Source: Rhodosorus marinus CCMP1338
Lineage: Eukaryota; Plantae; Rhodophyta
NCBI GenBank assembly: GCA_029953675.1
Contig: JAMWBK010000002.1
Span: 1,178,001 to 1,242,000, forward strand
Direction: 5' to 3'
DNA: 64,000 nt
Shown here: positions 12,645 through 24,774 of the stretch, in pieces
Layout: each line of letters starts with the position of its first letter
Numbering within the stretch: the stretch's first letter is position 1
The notes under the pieces: generated by a model
Told to the model about the DNA's origin: nothing
The model's database searches: none
The model's input: only the letters and a program-made list of their open reading frames with translations
Position numbers and translations under genes: made by a program

Positions 12645-13925
12645 GATCTTCTCATTCGAATATAATACTTTTTCTTCGTTTATTAAGTAGTACGTGTACG
12701 AATGTTTGTACTAAGGAATGTACCTTTCGAAATATGACAACGCTTTTGTCCTTGTCAATCATTTGGCGCAGAAGTGTCAACAGCACGTCCAGTTGGAAGC
12801 GCACCCGTCGGGGAGGCGTAGGACGCTGTTCTTCGATGCGGTAGTCACGAGCGCGTTCCAGACCCAGAAGCTGCCACGCGAGGCTAGTGGTGCTGGTAGA
12901 GCAAACTGCAGCTAGCGCAAGGCGAGATTAATGTCACACCACCTTTGCACACCCGAAGGCAGCGGGGCGGCACCCCCACTTGGAGGGTACCACATAAAAA
13001 AAATACTAAGAAAAAAATTAAAAAAGGGGGTAAAACGCCATAAACTGTGTAAAAGGTTTTCAGAAAGGCTCAGGACCACTGCACTTGTAAAGCGTTGCGA
13101 ACTGGGGGTGTATGAACAATCACCTGGGCAAACTACATAAAGTTCCCGCTTGGCTTTCGTTTTCTTTACCAGTGCGAGAGGGCCGACAGTCTCCCAGTTT
13201 CACAACGCACACCTGCCTTTGCGCAACCTTTCTTAAGAATTCCATTTCGTCCGCAGGAGTTTACTACGCGATGATCAACGGTCCTCACGCAGGTTTCAGG
13301 GTACGTACAGATAGTCTTCAAGTCTGCGTCGCTCGCATTGAACCAGTTCTCTGTTTGCCATTTTCTTAGTGAAAGCACGCAGACCAAAGCCTCTACGGAA
13401 AGGGCGGTATCATAACTGCTCTGAGCAGGCTTTTGGAAAAACCACTGGTAGTCCGCAGGCTACCAGTGGTTGCCTGCGGGCGAGATACCTCGAGCAGTGA
13501 CTGGTGTTCGATGCTGGGGGCCCTGGAATACTAGGGCTTTGGCTCGTGAGTCCTACGGCAGAAAAATAGATCGTGATAGCTTAGTCAAGGCATTCTCTGC
13601 AACTAGATGGGATCACATCGGTGTGCTCGTTTCTTTTGGTGGGGCTTGGGATGTGCAAGGTACTGGACGTGTTATCGGGTCATTCTGGACTCGGAGCCTC
13701 CTTATAACCTCCAGTTCCCCATCAGACGAAGGTTCTTCATTGCGTATTATGCAGCTTGGGGAGCTGCCCTTTCGAGTGCTCCAAAAGGGGTTTGTGCTTT
13801 TTTTTATCCAGCAAAAAAAAGGAAAATCCATACTTAAATATCACTGGCGTGTGACCTACTGTACTACCTACTGTACCATGATGATGTTAGCTGTACACAT
13901 GCTATTCGAGACGCACCGCACTTTG

Positions 13926-15065
13926 CTAGAGATCAGCCTCTGGGTGATTCTTCCTAACGTGCTTCAAGTAGTTCGTCCGCCAGGCAAACTCATACTGGCA
14001 GTACTCGCACACAATTTTCGCGTTTCCCTCATGTACGTTGGCTGTGTGCAATTTCAGATGCGAACGTTGAGAGTACGTCTTATCGCAGTGTTTACATGCG
14101 AAGTCCTTCCGCCGCTGGTGAACAGCCTTTACGTGACGCTCCAGGTGGTAGCGACTTTTAAACGTCGACGAGCACTCGGTACAAATGAAGTTGCTTTTGA
14201 ACCGGCTCTTCTTCGCCCTCATTGTTTGCAAGTACTCTTTGCCGTCTGTGAGAGCTCGCTTATTGTAGTTTTGATTAGTCATTGACAATGAGTCAAAGCG
14301 ATTTGCGCTGACCCAGCTACTAGCTAGACCAAGGATCGTCTGCACCCGAGGGTGTGCTATCCTCTCCGAGCAATCCAAATTTGCACGAACTGCATAGTCT
14401 CCATTCCCCGAAATCATCCACATGTTTCCGACCATTTGTTCCAAAGCGAGCTTGCAGTTAATCCAAGGGTTTGCCAGGGCAGCATTATCAACAATAGAGG
14501 TGACGAAACTCCTCTCTTTTAGAGCGGCTGAGCAGTGACAGGGTTCCCCTCTGATCTTGCAAAAATCACAGTCCGGGTCAAGCATGATGTTCCGGGTGCC
14601 TGAAAAGGTACGACTGCCCGCGGGGGCTTTGGCAGTGAACACGTACGCCTTCTTATAACCCTCACTGCGCAGAAGGAGGCTTGTTCGAAGGGTCAGTGCA
14701 CCATCCGAATCAGAATTCGAAGCAAATGCTATGACATCACCGTTGGGACCGCTGTGGACGACAACCCTGTCTTGCCGAAGCTCCTTTCCGTCAAGTTTTA
14801 GTACGAGTCCAAATGCTAGATTTCCCGCAATATGTGAAACTACCATAATACTTCTGCGAAACTCAACCGTTTCTCGCAATCCCAACTCAGGGCCTTGCTC
14901 GATTCGCAGAAAGTCGAAGGGAACCACCGCCAGCCGGAACATGTCGCTTCGAAGCTTTCCATCCGTCTCTCCTGTCAGCCAAGAGGCAATGGAAGGTTCA
15001 TCCCACAGGAGCTCTCCTGCCTCCCGAAAAGGACCTGACAAATTCAGGTCTTCGACGTAAATCAT
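13926..15065 (-). CDS. Intronless 379-aa C2H2 zinc-finger protein (paralog 2)
   Basis: Three fingers (CTEC, CKHC, CEYC with H-x4-H). N-terminal domain is colinear with paralog 1 (WLTGETDGKLRSDM...VPFDFLRIEQGPELGLRETVEFR), with DCDFCKIRGEPCHC. Confidence 0.92.
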   Translation of the reverse strand: MIYVEDLNLSGPFREAGELLWDEPSIASWLTGETDGKLRSDMFRLAVVPFDFLRIEQGPELGLRETVEFRRSIMVVSHIAGNLAFGLVLKLDGKELRQDRVVVHSGPNGDVIAFASNSDSDGALTLRTSLLLRSEGYKKAYVFTAKAPAGSRTFSGTRNIMLDPDCDFCKIRGEPCHCSAALKERSFVTSIVDNAALANPWINCKLALEQMVGNMWMISGNGDYAVRANLDCSERIAHPRVQTILGLASSWVSANRFDSLSMTNQNYNKRALTDGKEYLQTMRAKKSRFKSNFICTECSSTFKSRYHLERHVKAVHQRRKDFACKHCDKTYSQRSHLKLHTANVHEGNAKIVCEYCQYEFAWRTNYLKHVRKNHPEADL

Positions 15066-16557
15066 CTCCTAATAGCACACTAAACTCTCTTAGCAAGCTC
15101 CTTCAACATATCGTACTTCCACCATAGCCGTTGCTCCTATATCTGCACACGAACAACTCTGCCGTGCACAGTACTCCAATACTGCACACGCGGCACGCGC
15201 CAAACAAACACACACAAAACAACACCTGAATATCGCCCTGCGCTGCACAACTGCTCAGGCCCAGCGCTGCGAAAAGAAGTATAGTTCCCAAGCTATTCAC
15301 CACTCCACCACCCAAAAACCAACTCGGGAAAACAGAGGAAGAAACATGCTTGCGAGCCAATAGAAACAACCCAACCACGTCAGGGGGCTAGCAACTACTC
15401 CCAGCATGGGTGTCCAACTTCAGGATGCCTCCTTCTCACTTCCACTCTACATTTACTCCACAAAACCAAAGCCTACTAACATACAAAAACGAAAACCTAA
15501 CAACTTCCCAGTGGACAATCCCAAAAAACTCGCCCCTTCAAAACACCAAACCACCAAAACCAACTCCCAGCCACCAACACCCCCCCCCCCTCCGTCGAGG
15601 TTTATATACCCCGAAGAGTAACTGCCCCTACTCCTAGTTCTCTATCCAATATTTGGACATAAAAGGCCTTCCCCCAAACACAGCCCCGCCTCTAGCAACA
15701 TTTCTTTCTTTTTTTGGACTACATTTACCTATCCACACACAGCCAGCCCCATCGACATTCTTTGCGCTCCCACCTTAACTTCCCTTTCTCCAACCTCCGC
15801 AGTAGCCCTCTCCCCACGCCTCATCCTTTTTCTGGTTTTATCTAAAAATCTCATAGAGCAAAAGCTCCGCCCTCTCCTTCCAAAAAATTGGCCAATGTTC
15901 CCCTACCCCCTCTTTTCCCTCTTCTGGCAAAAGACAACTAACGCATGAGGTTAACTATGGCACGTATCATGAATAACAAAATTAAATTATACTTTTCAAT
16001 CATTGTAGTAATTTCAGTCTATATTATTGGTGAAATTTGTGTAAAAATGACACGGTGCTGATTTTCGTGGAAGATGGATGGCGGCTTTCTCCGCACCGAT
16101 CAAAAAACAAGGAAAAAGGAAATCGTGAGCAGGAAAATTCCGCGTTATTTATAAAGAAAAATAAAAATGAAAGTTCGTTCTTGGAATTCTATTAAATTGA
16201 GAGTTGAGTTTTGATTAAAATATTGATTGAGAATGAAGTTTAGATATGGTGATTGGAAGGGAGAGATCTCTTAACGAATATTATTGGATATACGTGTTGT
16301 ATTTTGATCGATATTAGAATTTTTATTTCGTAAACGGATATACTTCGGAAATTACGGGATTTTTTGTTTTGCCTGGAAAGTGCTTTGCCATTGGCGTACA
16401 GTGAACAGGCTGAATCTCCATGGGTCTTGATAGCCCCTCCTCTCGGAGCTGTAGTTGACGCTCTGGCGTACAAGCGTTGCTTATTGTTACACAGGGGTCA
16501 TCAGTGTTTTGTTTCTCAGTTCTCAGGGTTTTAGGCTCTGAATAAAGGGATAATGAC

Positions 16558-17420
16558 TTGTACCTTGATGCCCTGCGGCTTGAGGTAAGGAAATCTCAAT
16601 CCATGGTTCTGGAGACGACTGTAAAAGATAGAGGGGTTCAAAATCCGTACCCTCTTGCATTGGATTTTAGATGTCTGTTTTTCTTGCGTGACAAGCATCT
16701 CCACGGTATGGTAGCACTACACGTGGATGACACTCTATGTGTTGGCGATCAAACGTTCATGGAGTTAGAACGCGAAGTTGAGAAACGTTTCGACTCAAAA
16801 GAGGCACAGCAGTTACCTTTGCGGGGGTGAACTATCATCGAGAACCAGATGGGGTGGTAGTTTGTGAGCAACTAGATTATCAAGGCAGTTTGATATCTGA
16901 ACTTACGCGGGGAAACTATGCTCATATTCGAGGCCAGCTGATGTGGTTGGCTTTAATGACGAGACCAGACATCATATTCAGTGTGGTAACGCTACCTCAT
17001 GAATTTGATGCAGTGAGGGTACCCAAGGAGCACACGCAGAGTAACATGCTCTGTTCTGGGTGCTGAAGTTTTGGCTTTTGTTGAGGCTGCTGATGAGGCG
17101 TTTATATTGCGCCACTTAATCAACGATCTTATTGGACTGACAGCACCGATCGAAATGTACACAGACTCCAAGTCAATCTTCGATACGGTAATGAAAGCCA
17201 ACGTTCCACAAGAGAAGCGGCTGGTCATTGATCTGGCCAGTATTAGGGAGAGTTACAGGAACGGAATCATTCAGCGAATCGGTTTCGTTTCAAGCAAGCA
17301 GAATCTTGCAGACGCCTTGACCAAGGACGTCAAGTCAGAGCGTTTGCAAGACTATTTGGCCACAGGAGTTCGTTCCTTCGACGTCAACGAATGTGTCGAC
17401 AGTGCAGTTCCGTCGAGGAT
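16558..17420 (+). mobile_element. Truncated, frameshifted Ty1/Copia retrotransposon pol relic (RT + RNase H)
   Basis: RT motif MVALHVDDTLCVGD; RNase H region EVLAFVEAADEAFILR...MYTDSKSIFD...EKRLVIDLASIRESY...QNLADALTK. Frameshifts near 16828 and 17068; no gag, integrase or paired LTRs seen. Confidence 0.88.
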
Positions 17421-18001
17421 CATGGTCAATGATAGGAACAATCAGGTGGGTTATAAAAAAAAAGAAAAGCGAATGTCGAAATTCAGGTACTATGAACCCG
17501 TTGAGGACAACGCCAGACGGAATACACTGCGACATACATCAAGGATCGAATGGTCGCAGATCAATCTAAATTAGTCATAGAATTTACGGCGTGCATTGTT
17601 TAATCGGGAGTCTAACGTCTACGGTATATCTTAGACGTCGAGTAGCAAGGATATATATACACTGTATAGGTTGCCTGTGCAATGTGCATGAATTAGGAGA
17701 GCAGTAAGCAGAAGCAAGACCAGACTAAAGCAAGTGAGCATTCAATAAGTGAATGTTAACCCCTGAGAGGAGTGTCGTACAATCCTCAGGGTTTGCTTGT
17801 TCTGGCGATGTGGATATTGCAAATGCGACAGAGATTCTTAGGTTTTTGAAAGATAGCCAGATGAGACAATGCCTTCGTTCCAATTGAATTCTGGTTGGTT
17901 TACTTCAAAATTTAGCCTCACTATTTTGTTTATCTACAGGGCTCTTTCTCATGTGATGAAACGATGAGACTCAGAAACCCGAATCTTTCGTGGTCTGCAG
18001 T

Positions 18002-18804
18002 TTAGACGAACCAAATCGCAATCATGTCGGCTACTGCAAAACCGCCAAGCACAGCCGACGTAATTCCAATAGGCAGGTAGAGCGAGCTGTACTCATCAGT
18101 AACCGCTGTGTAGCAACCAGGGAGACTGGGATCCGTGTCGGGGTTACAAACTGGGCACCTCATCAGCTGGGTTTCGGTGCACGTTGACGGAATGCTTGGG
18201 TCACACCCGGTGCAGTCATTATCGAAGAATCCAGCACATTGATACTCCTGCTGAATTTGGCAGGTTGTATCCGTAAATTCTGAGTTTGTCACACTCGCCT
18301 GCCACGAGTTCAACGCCGCATCCTGAATAATGGGTCCATCCTTGCCAGTCGCAAATTTCAACGTGATTACGGCAATGAAAACGAGCACTGCCAGCACCAC
18401 AACAAGCAGAATAACATACACGACCTTGAGCACAATCCCACAGCATCCACCCTTGAAGGCCAACAGTCCGACAAGCGAAATAACCATGAGCGCGGCACCC
18501 GCAATTATTCCAGCTATCGCAGATCCAAGAAGCAGGGATACAATATCTGTGCCGTCACTGGCCAATCCAGGAATTAGACCTTGGTCGTTCACTTGCAAAT
18601 ATATACTGTATCCGAGCAACAGACCACCACCAACCTATTCGTGCGGAAATAACGACAAAAATTGTTAAGTCCAATAATTCCTTGGAATCGAGGAAGCACA
18701 TACAAAAGCGATCCGGGCAAGAGACTTACGAAAAGCAAGGCACATGACATAAAATGAAGAAACCGCGCGAAGCAGCTCTTCTGTTTTTCTTCACCTTTCC
18801 CCAT
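18002..18804 (-). CDS. Tetraspanin-like four-transmembrane protein, one intron
   Basis: ATG at 18804 MGKGEEKQKSCFARFLHFMSCALLF | gtaagt...tag | VGGGLLLGYSIYL. Three N-terminal TM helices, Cys-rich large loop (8 Cys), C-terminal TM helix. Confidence 0.8.
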
Positions 18805-21202
18805 TTCCAAAAAATAATCAACCAAGCGTTTCCTTCTCTCTCTGAAAATTGTCCTCCGCTACGCAAAAACCACTTCAGCACTTCTTCTGCCTCTCTGCCA
18901 GGAACGCAATGGAGCAACCACAGGCAGTGCTCCCCGGACCCTTTTATGTCCTTGAACTCTATGTTGTGCAAAGACAACGATCCAATTCTGCTAGAAAACC
19001 CAGTCTTGAAAAACAGAACAAAACTCGTCTACTTCATGTAGAAATTTTATTAGTAAAAAAGTTTTGACCACGTTAACGACTTCCGCAAAATACTTAGCAC
19101 CTATTGGTTACAATCCCATAAAATATAACAAGAACTAAATTGGATATCCTCCTGACACTTCAAATTACAATACAATTCATTTCTCCATCCCCTTGCAGAG
19201 GGAATTTATTGCCCGTTTTCCAAATTCTTGAATTCCGTCTCGTGAGCAATGAATTTTCACCTTGATAAAAAGTTCCCCACCATCCAAAAAAATATATATT
19301 TGTTTTGGTAATATAGGAGAAACAGGAACAGTAAATTCGGACATCCGAGACATTGGGGAGTAGAAATTGACTGAACTAGCTGTCAACACATAATTTCATT
19401 GGATAATAGCTGTGAAGTTCAGTCATTAATGTCATTGGTGATTCCAAAAGTCGTCGCGATTTGCGGCTTTATTTAAGGAGAGACCTCACTTCATGAGGTG
19501 GGAAGGACGTTGCAGCATGCTCTAGGTAGTACTATATGGATATAGATTTTGGGCGGCGTTTTAAGTTGTTTGTTTTTCTGGTAGTAGAATTTGATGCCGA
19601 CCCATCACAAGAACACTGGGTTTTGAAGGAACTGCAGTTCGTCCCCTCGTGACGGTCTCTCCGAACACGTGAATTCGGTGCTGAAAGTGAAAAAAAACTA
19701 AGCCTCTGGTACGATATCTTTACTTCAACGAGGATATGGGACCCTTCATACAATAAGCAGATCAGAGACATTCAGAGAGATGTTGATGCTTACGTTTCAG
19801 CACATGCGCGGTTAAGGGGGGACGTGCAGGCCGCTCTGGCTATTTCTGAGTTCGTTTTCTACTTCGCTGCTGGTTGAGCTTTTCCAAAATTCCAATTGTG
19901 AGGACTAACCTAGCACGGGAAAGTACAGGCCGTTTTGAACATTGTCGACACTCGAGGTTGTGTCTCACTCGATGATGAAATGACCAGAGCTTGAATCCAA
20001 TGGTTTAGTCAGTGGCTACACGGCAGTGAATTCTCACAGGTGTGAGGGTTGGTACGGATATTTTTTCTTAGTAGGATCCTCACTTCGCTCACGTCTGCGA
20101 GCATTAGAGCAATTCTTTTGTAAGGAGCTAAAACACCACATTGAGCGAGGCCATTGGTGAAATCGTCTCCGAATTCTATGTAATTCCGATGTGGGCAATA
20201 GTGCGGTTTGGAGAGCATAGTGCGCTCTTACCTAGCGCACATCACCGCAGGAGAAGTTTTGCTTCTAGCGAAACGAATTAATGATGTAAGCAACAAGAGC
20301 ACCTAGATCTCTTCAACGCCTGTTTTCGTTTTGACCAAGGCGATGAGTGGCTGTGCATGAATATTTCCTATAGACATCGAGCACCCAAATAGGGTTTTAC
20401 TTGCTTCCGGTCAATTTCTGAGCCAAGGATAGTATGGACCCGCACGGTCGGAGTCCGTCTCCAAGTTACCAAGGTCGTTACCCGCTTAGTTTTCCCCGAT
20501 TGTTAGTACGGCGGGGTAGTACTTGCTGTGCTAGAAAAATTGCCTAGTTGTTGGCCTTGGTGACCGCGAACTCATCGTTGACGATGGACTAGCTCACTTT
20601 ACTGCTCTCTTCATCACTGATTTCGCGTATCAGCCCATCCTCGCTGAAAAGAAGAGGACTTATTCCTTGTTGGAAGACGTAGAGAGGTGTCCTCTTTTGC
20701 TCCTCGTTTAGGATGACTTATTCGCTAAGCTGTCTTGCGCCGGGCGGGGAAACAATCTAGCAACGACACGAGACCTTCCTTATTCGGAAGATTTCATCTC
20801 GGTGAGTTCTGGTTGGGCACCTATCTCCGAGTTTCTCACAGGCTTGCTGCCCCACCGAGCACCGGCTCACTCCTCCTTGTCGGTCGGAGCGAGTGTTTTG
20901 AGTTCCATCAGAGACTTCTTCGCTTTTGCAACGTGTAAAAGTTCTAGTCTCTAGCTCACGGAATCTACTATACCACACTTTCTGTTCCCCGGGGGCAGTC
21001 GATGGCAAAGCTTCGCCCTGCCCAACTTGGATGACCGAATTTCATTGTTGAAGCGGACGGCCGTGTTTAGGAGGATGTTAGAGAATCGCTTTGCGCCGAC
21101 GGCTGAATTGGGGCGATCTCTTTAGACGTTGCAATGGAAAACGTTTGAGACTTGAGGAATCTCTTTGAAAGTTTGCACTGTCAAGGAATTGACTAGATTG
21201 AT

Positions 21203-22828
21203 ATGAGTGAGAAGAGCGAGCTACAGGACAAGGTTAAGAGGCAGGTGGAGTACTACTTTTCAGATGTGAATCTTCCGAAGGATAAATTTCTGAAGGGCAA
21301 GGTGTCCGATGATCCTAACGGCTATGTGGATCTCTCGATCATTATCTCGTTCAATCGAATGGACCAGCTGAAGGTGTCAGTTGAGGACACCGCAAAGGCC
21401 CTGGAAAGTTCCGAAATCTTGCAGCTTAGCGAGGACAGACAGCGGGTGAAGAGAAGCACGCCTTTGGTTGAACTGGGCCCCTTTGAGGAACGAGCGGTCT
21501 ACGTCTCAGGATTCTCGAGGTAGTCAGATTTGAAAATGATTTTTCAGATTAACATTGACCCTCGTCGGTGGATTCTCAGAGGGCTGAATGATGAACTTTA
21601 CCTCGTTTGCTTCACTTCAACTTTTATTTTAGCGATGCGTCGCCGGACCTTGACGACGTTCGCAAGGTTTTTGAAGCGTTTGGAAAAGTCCTGTCGGTTA
21701 AGCTACGTAAGAATGCCAAAGGCGAGTTTAACGGAACCGCGTTCGTGGAGTATGCAACTCACGAGGACGTCGAGAAGGCTTTGGCAGAAACAGACTTGCG
21801 ACTGGAGGGCTCCGACATTGTACACTGAAATTCCTTCCCGTTTACGTATCTATATCAGAGTCCTGACTTTGCTGAACTCTTGCGTTGTAGGTCCTCGTTG
21901 TCCTGACTATCGCGGACTTCAAGAGCAAGCGGAAGAGCGGTGAGATCATAGAGGACAGACCACCGAAGAAGAAAAAGAAGAAGGACGGCAGGGACACTGA
22001 GGGAGACAATCAACCGGAGAAGGACGAACGTGAATTTGTCAAGGGGCTAGTGCTCAAGTTTGAAGGGATAGGTCCTGGCGTAAGCCGCGAGGATCTCCGA
22101 GAGATATATGGCGAGTTTGGTGTGGTCGCATGGGTCGATTTCAGTCGAGATGAAGCCGATGGATTCATCAGGTAAGGTGAAACCTCGTTACAGGATCTTA
22201 ACGGGGCATGTGGATGCGTGCTGGTTTTCAGAAGTGCGAAATGTTACTAGGTTTGCCGAGTTGGGATCTGCGGAGAAAGCATTGGAGCGGTTGAAGGGAG
22301 ACAAGAAGGAAATCGGGGGCAAACTTCCTGAGATGAGTATCTTGCAGGGTGAACCTGAAAAAGAGTTCTGGGATAATGTCTTCCTGCAGCAGGAGAATCG
22401 ACGTAAACGTATAGACGAGAGAAAGCGACAGAAGAGATTCGGTAAATTCCACAATCCCAGAAGACCACGACCGTGCAACGAGGTCCTCGCCGAAGCAGAC
22501 ATAGGGCTTACCGTTGATTCTTCATTACTACGCATCAGGTCCCCAGAAACGATTCAAGAAGAAGCGCAAGAGAGATCGTGATGAAGAGGACTTCGAGGAA
22601 GAGGAGGAGGACGACGCGGCTGACGCTGTCCATCCGAAAAAGACGAAATTCGCCTCTGACGGCGAAGAAGATGCTCGCGAAGATCAAGGTGGTAATGAGG
22701 ATAGCAAGGACGATCCAATGTACAGTGGAGACCCAGAAGCAACATCCAAGAAGGGAGCTTCTGTCGATGAGACACGGGACACAGTCCCATCCACCACGGA
22801 CGTAAACGAGACCAAACCTGACACTTAA
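21203..22828 (+). CDS. SSB: La autoantigen (La motif + RRM1 + RRM2, acidic tail)
   Basis: QVEYYFSDVNLPKDKFL...GYVDLSIIISFNRM (La motif); RRM1 with FNGTAFVEY; second RRM GLVLKF...FGVVAWVDFSR...GFIRF; basic NLS-like and acidic C-terminus; GT-AG introns. Confidence 0.95.
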
Positions 22829-24123
22829 ACTGGTGAGCCGGACCGCTCGATTGTACCAGCCCCCAATTGTTGTCTTCGAAATCCAGGCACTGATGTTGTC
22901 TCCAACCAGACTCCATCAGACCCCCGCGAAGCAGTTGCTTTTTTGTTCGCAAGCCGATTTACCCGCACACAGCTCAGCTTGTTTCGTGCATATCCGATGT
23001 TCATGCTCAAACAAAACAAAAAAAAAATGGTTAAAAAGGTGCCGGAGGATTTCGTGCTCAGAAGCTAGCAGATAAACCCGCCCTTCACGCCCAAGGAGAT
23101 GGAACTTTCAAAAGCTCGAGCCACATCCCTTCTCCCCTCAAAGAAACTTCATAGCCATTCCCCCGTGACCGCCATGACACGCGTTACTCATTAATTGGAT
23201 TGTAATATATGAATAGTAAATGAAAATAGAATATGAATAGTGAATAAAACTTTTGATGGAGAACTCGACGAGAAACAACGATATAGATATCTTCGTTTTT
23301 ATTTCGAAGTTTTAAGTTCTACGTCGAGATTCTTTAAATAATTGTAATTGAGATATTTATGGATTCAGATGAGTGTGGCGGATGAGCCTTGTGAGAGGAT
23401 ATCTTTCTTGAGGCTGGACGAGGAGTCCTGTGTTTTGATGTTAGGGAGCAAACGTAGTATGAAAGAAACGACAATACTAGAATTCCTACAGGGTACCATC
23501 CTTTTCTCTCTTTTTTTTGTCTATTTGTTTCGTAAGTATCCAGACCCCCCTTTCCCCCCCCGCCACCTCTGCTCCACTGTATTGGAGTCGATTTCTTGAG
23601 GCATGAGCGGGAGGTTTGTTTGCACTCCTGATTAAGTCAATCTTCTGGTTGTGCATTCAAAAACATGTCGGTGACGTACTTGGTTTACCGCTAGAAGGTT
23701 GTGCTTGTCACCAGTCTATTCCTTAGGAACAACCCCCCTCCCCCGCCGGAGCTCTGAGATTCAGTATCCAGTCGATGGAAAATACCTTCGTGGAGTTGCT
23801 GGTGAAGATCTTTGACTCGAGCTGGCAAAGCATAGAGAATAGAAAACTATAAAAATCTGGTTAAAACGAGCCTCCACCTGATCAGAGTTTGAACAGATAG
23901 ACTCTGCATAGACCTACTCAGTGAACTCAGCTCCCAGATCTCGAGATTCCTCAACTTTCGACCGTGGCATGGGCTTGGGTTGCACAATACTTATATAGTC
24001 GGTGGTAGCGGGTGGGAGGGTAGAGCAAGTCCGGACGAAACGCTTAAGGAGCTTTGAAAGGACAGGAGAAACTGCAAAAACCAGTCGTCAAGAGCTTGTA
24101 ATCGAAGGATCTAATTGTTGAGT

Positions 24124-24774
24124 ATGGAAGGAATCGGTTTTACTGTGGTCCCCGCGGTCAGTGGAAAGCCTAGTGGCGGGGGCTGTACCTGCAAGCGTGG
24201 AAGGGTGACGACACAGGCTGGTCTAGGTAAAATCTGGGAGAATTTTCAGAAGAACCTTGTCAGAGTGAGTAAAAGGCCATACTCAAAGTGCTAAACGTCG
24301 GGGTGGTCGTGGAGTGATCCCGCGGTTCTCTAGCATCAATTTCATTTTTTTCTGAGTTTTCTGTTTTTTTTTCACTATCATTTCGCCCGATGTAGACCAC
24401 AGGCACTAACAGCGATACTTTAGAGGACTGTCCGTTTTGCGAAGGTGGCACTCGTGGCTGTGATGCCTGTAAAGGAAAAGGAAAAGATGGATTGGGTCAA
24501 TGCTTAATGTGCGACGGAAAGGTACGAATGCTGGTTGATGAGCTCCTTAAAATGGTTCTAAAACCTCCGATTCTGATGTCCCCGGACTGTGCCCTGCTCC
24601 CTTCGTTTCTTGTTTCAGGGCGCACTCCTCTGCGCGGTTTGCTCGGGTATTGGGAAAGTCGACATCATTCGAAGGGGCGGAACCGACGACAGGAATGAGT
24701 ACACTAAGAAAGGAATGCTGAAGCGCAAGGCAGCTGAGAGGGGAGAGACTGCAACAGAGGATGAGATGTCCTGA
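24124..24774 (+). CDS. Plastid-targeted DnaJ-type zinc-finger protein without a J-domain (~140 aa)
   Basis: Exons 24124-24264, 24396-24521 and 24619-24774 join in frame: MEGIGFTVVPAV... transit peptide, then CPFCEGG, CDACKGKG, CLMCDGKG, CAVCSGIG. Not captured as one ORF in the track. Confidence 0.85.

Noticed and set aside
13470-14285. 271-aa plus-strand ORF
   Set aside because: TTG start; the distal part is the antisense shadow of the C2H2 gene; no recognisable domain.
17580-17800. Possible 3' LTR of the Copia relic
   Set aside because: No clear polypurine tract, no TG...CA boundaries and no second copy in the window.
23640-24260. Frame resembling retroelement RNase H (GALKGQEKLQKPVV...)
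   Set aside because: Many stops and no ordered motifs; the 3' part is better explained as exon 1 of the DnaJ-type zinc-finger gene in another frame.
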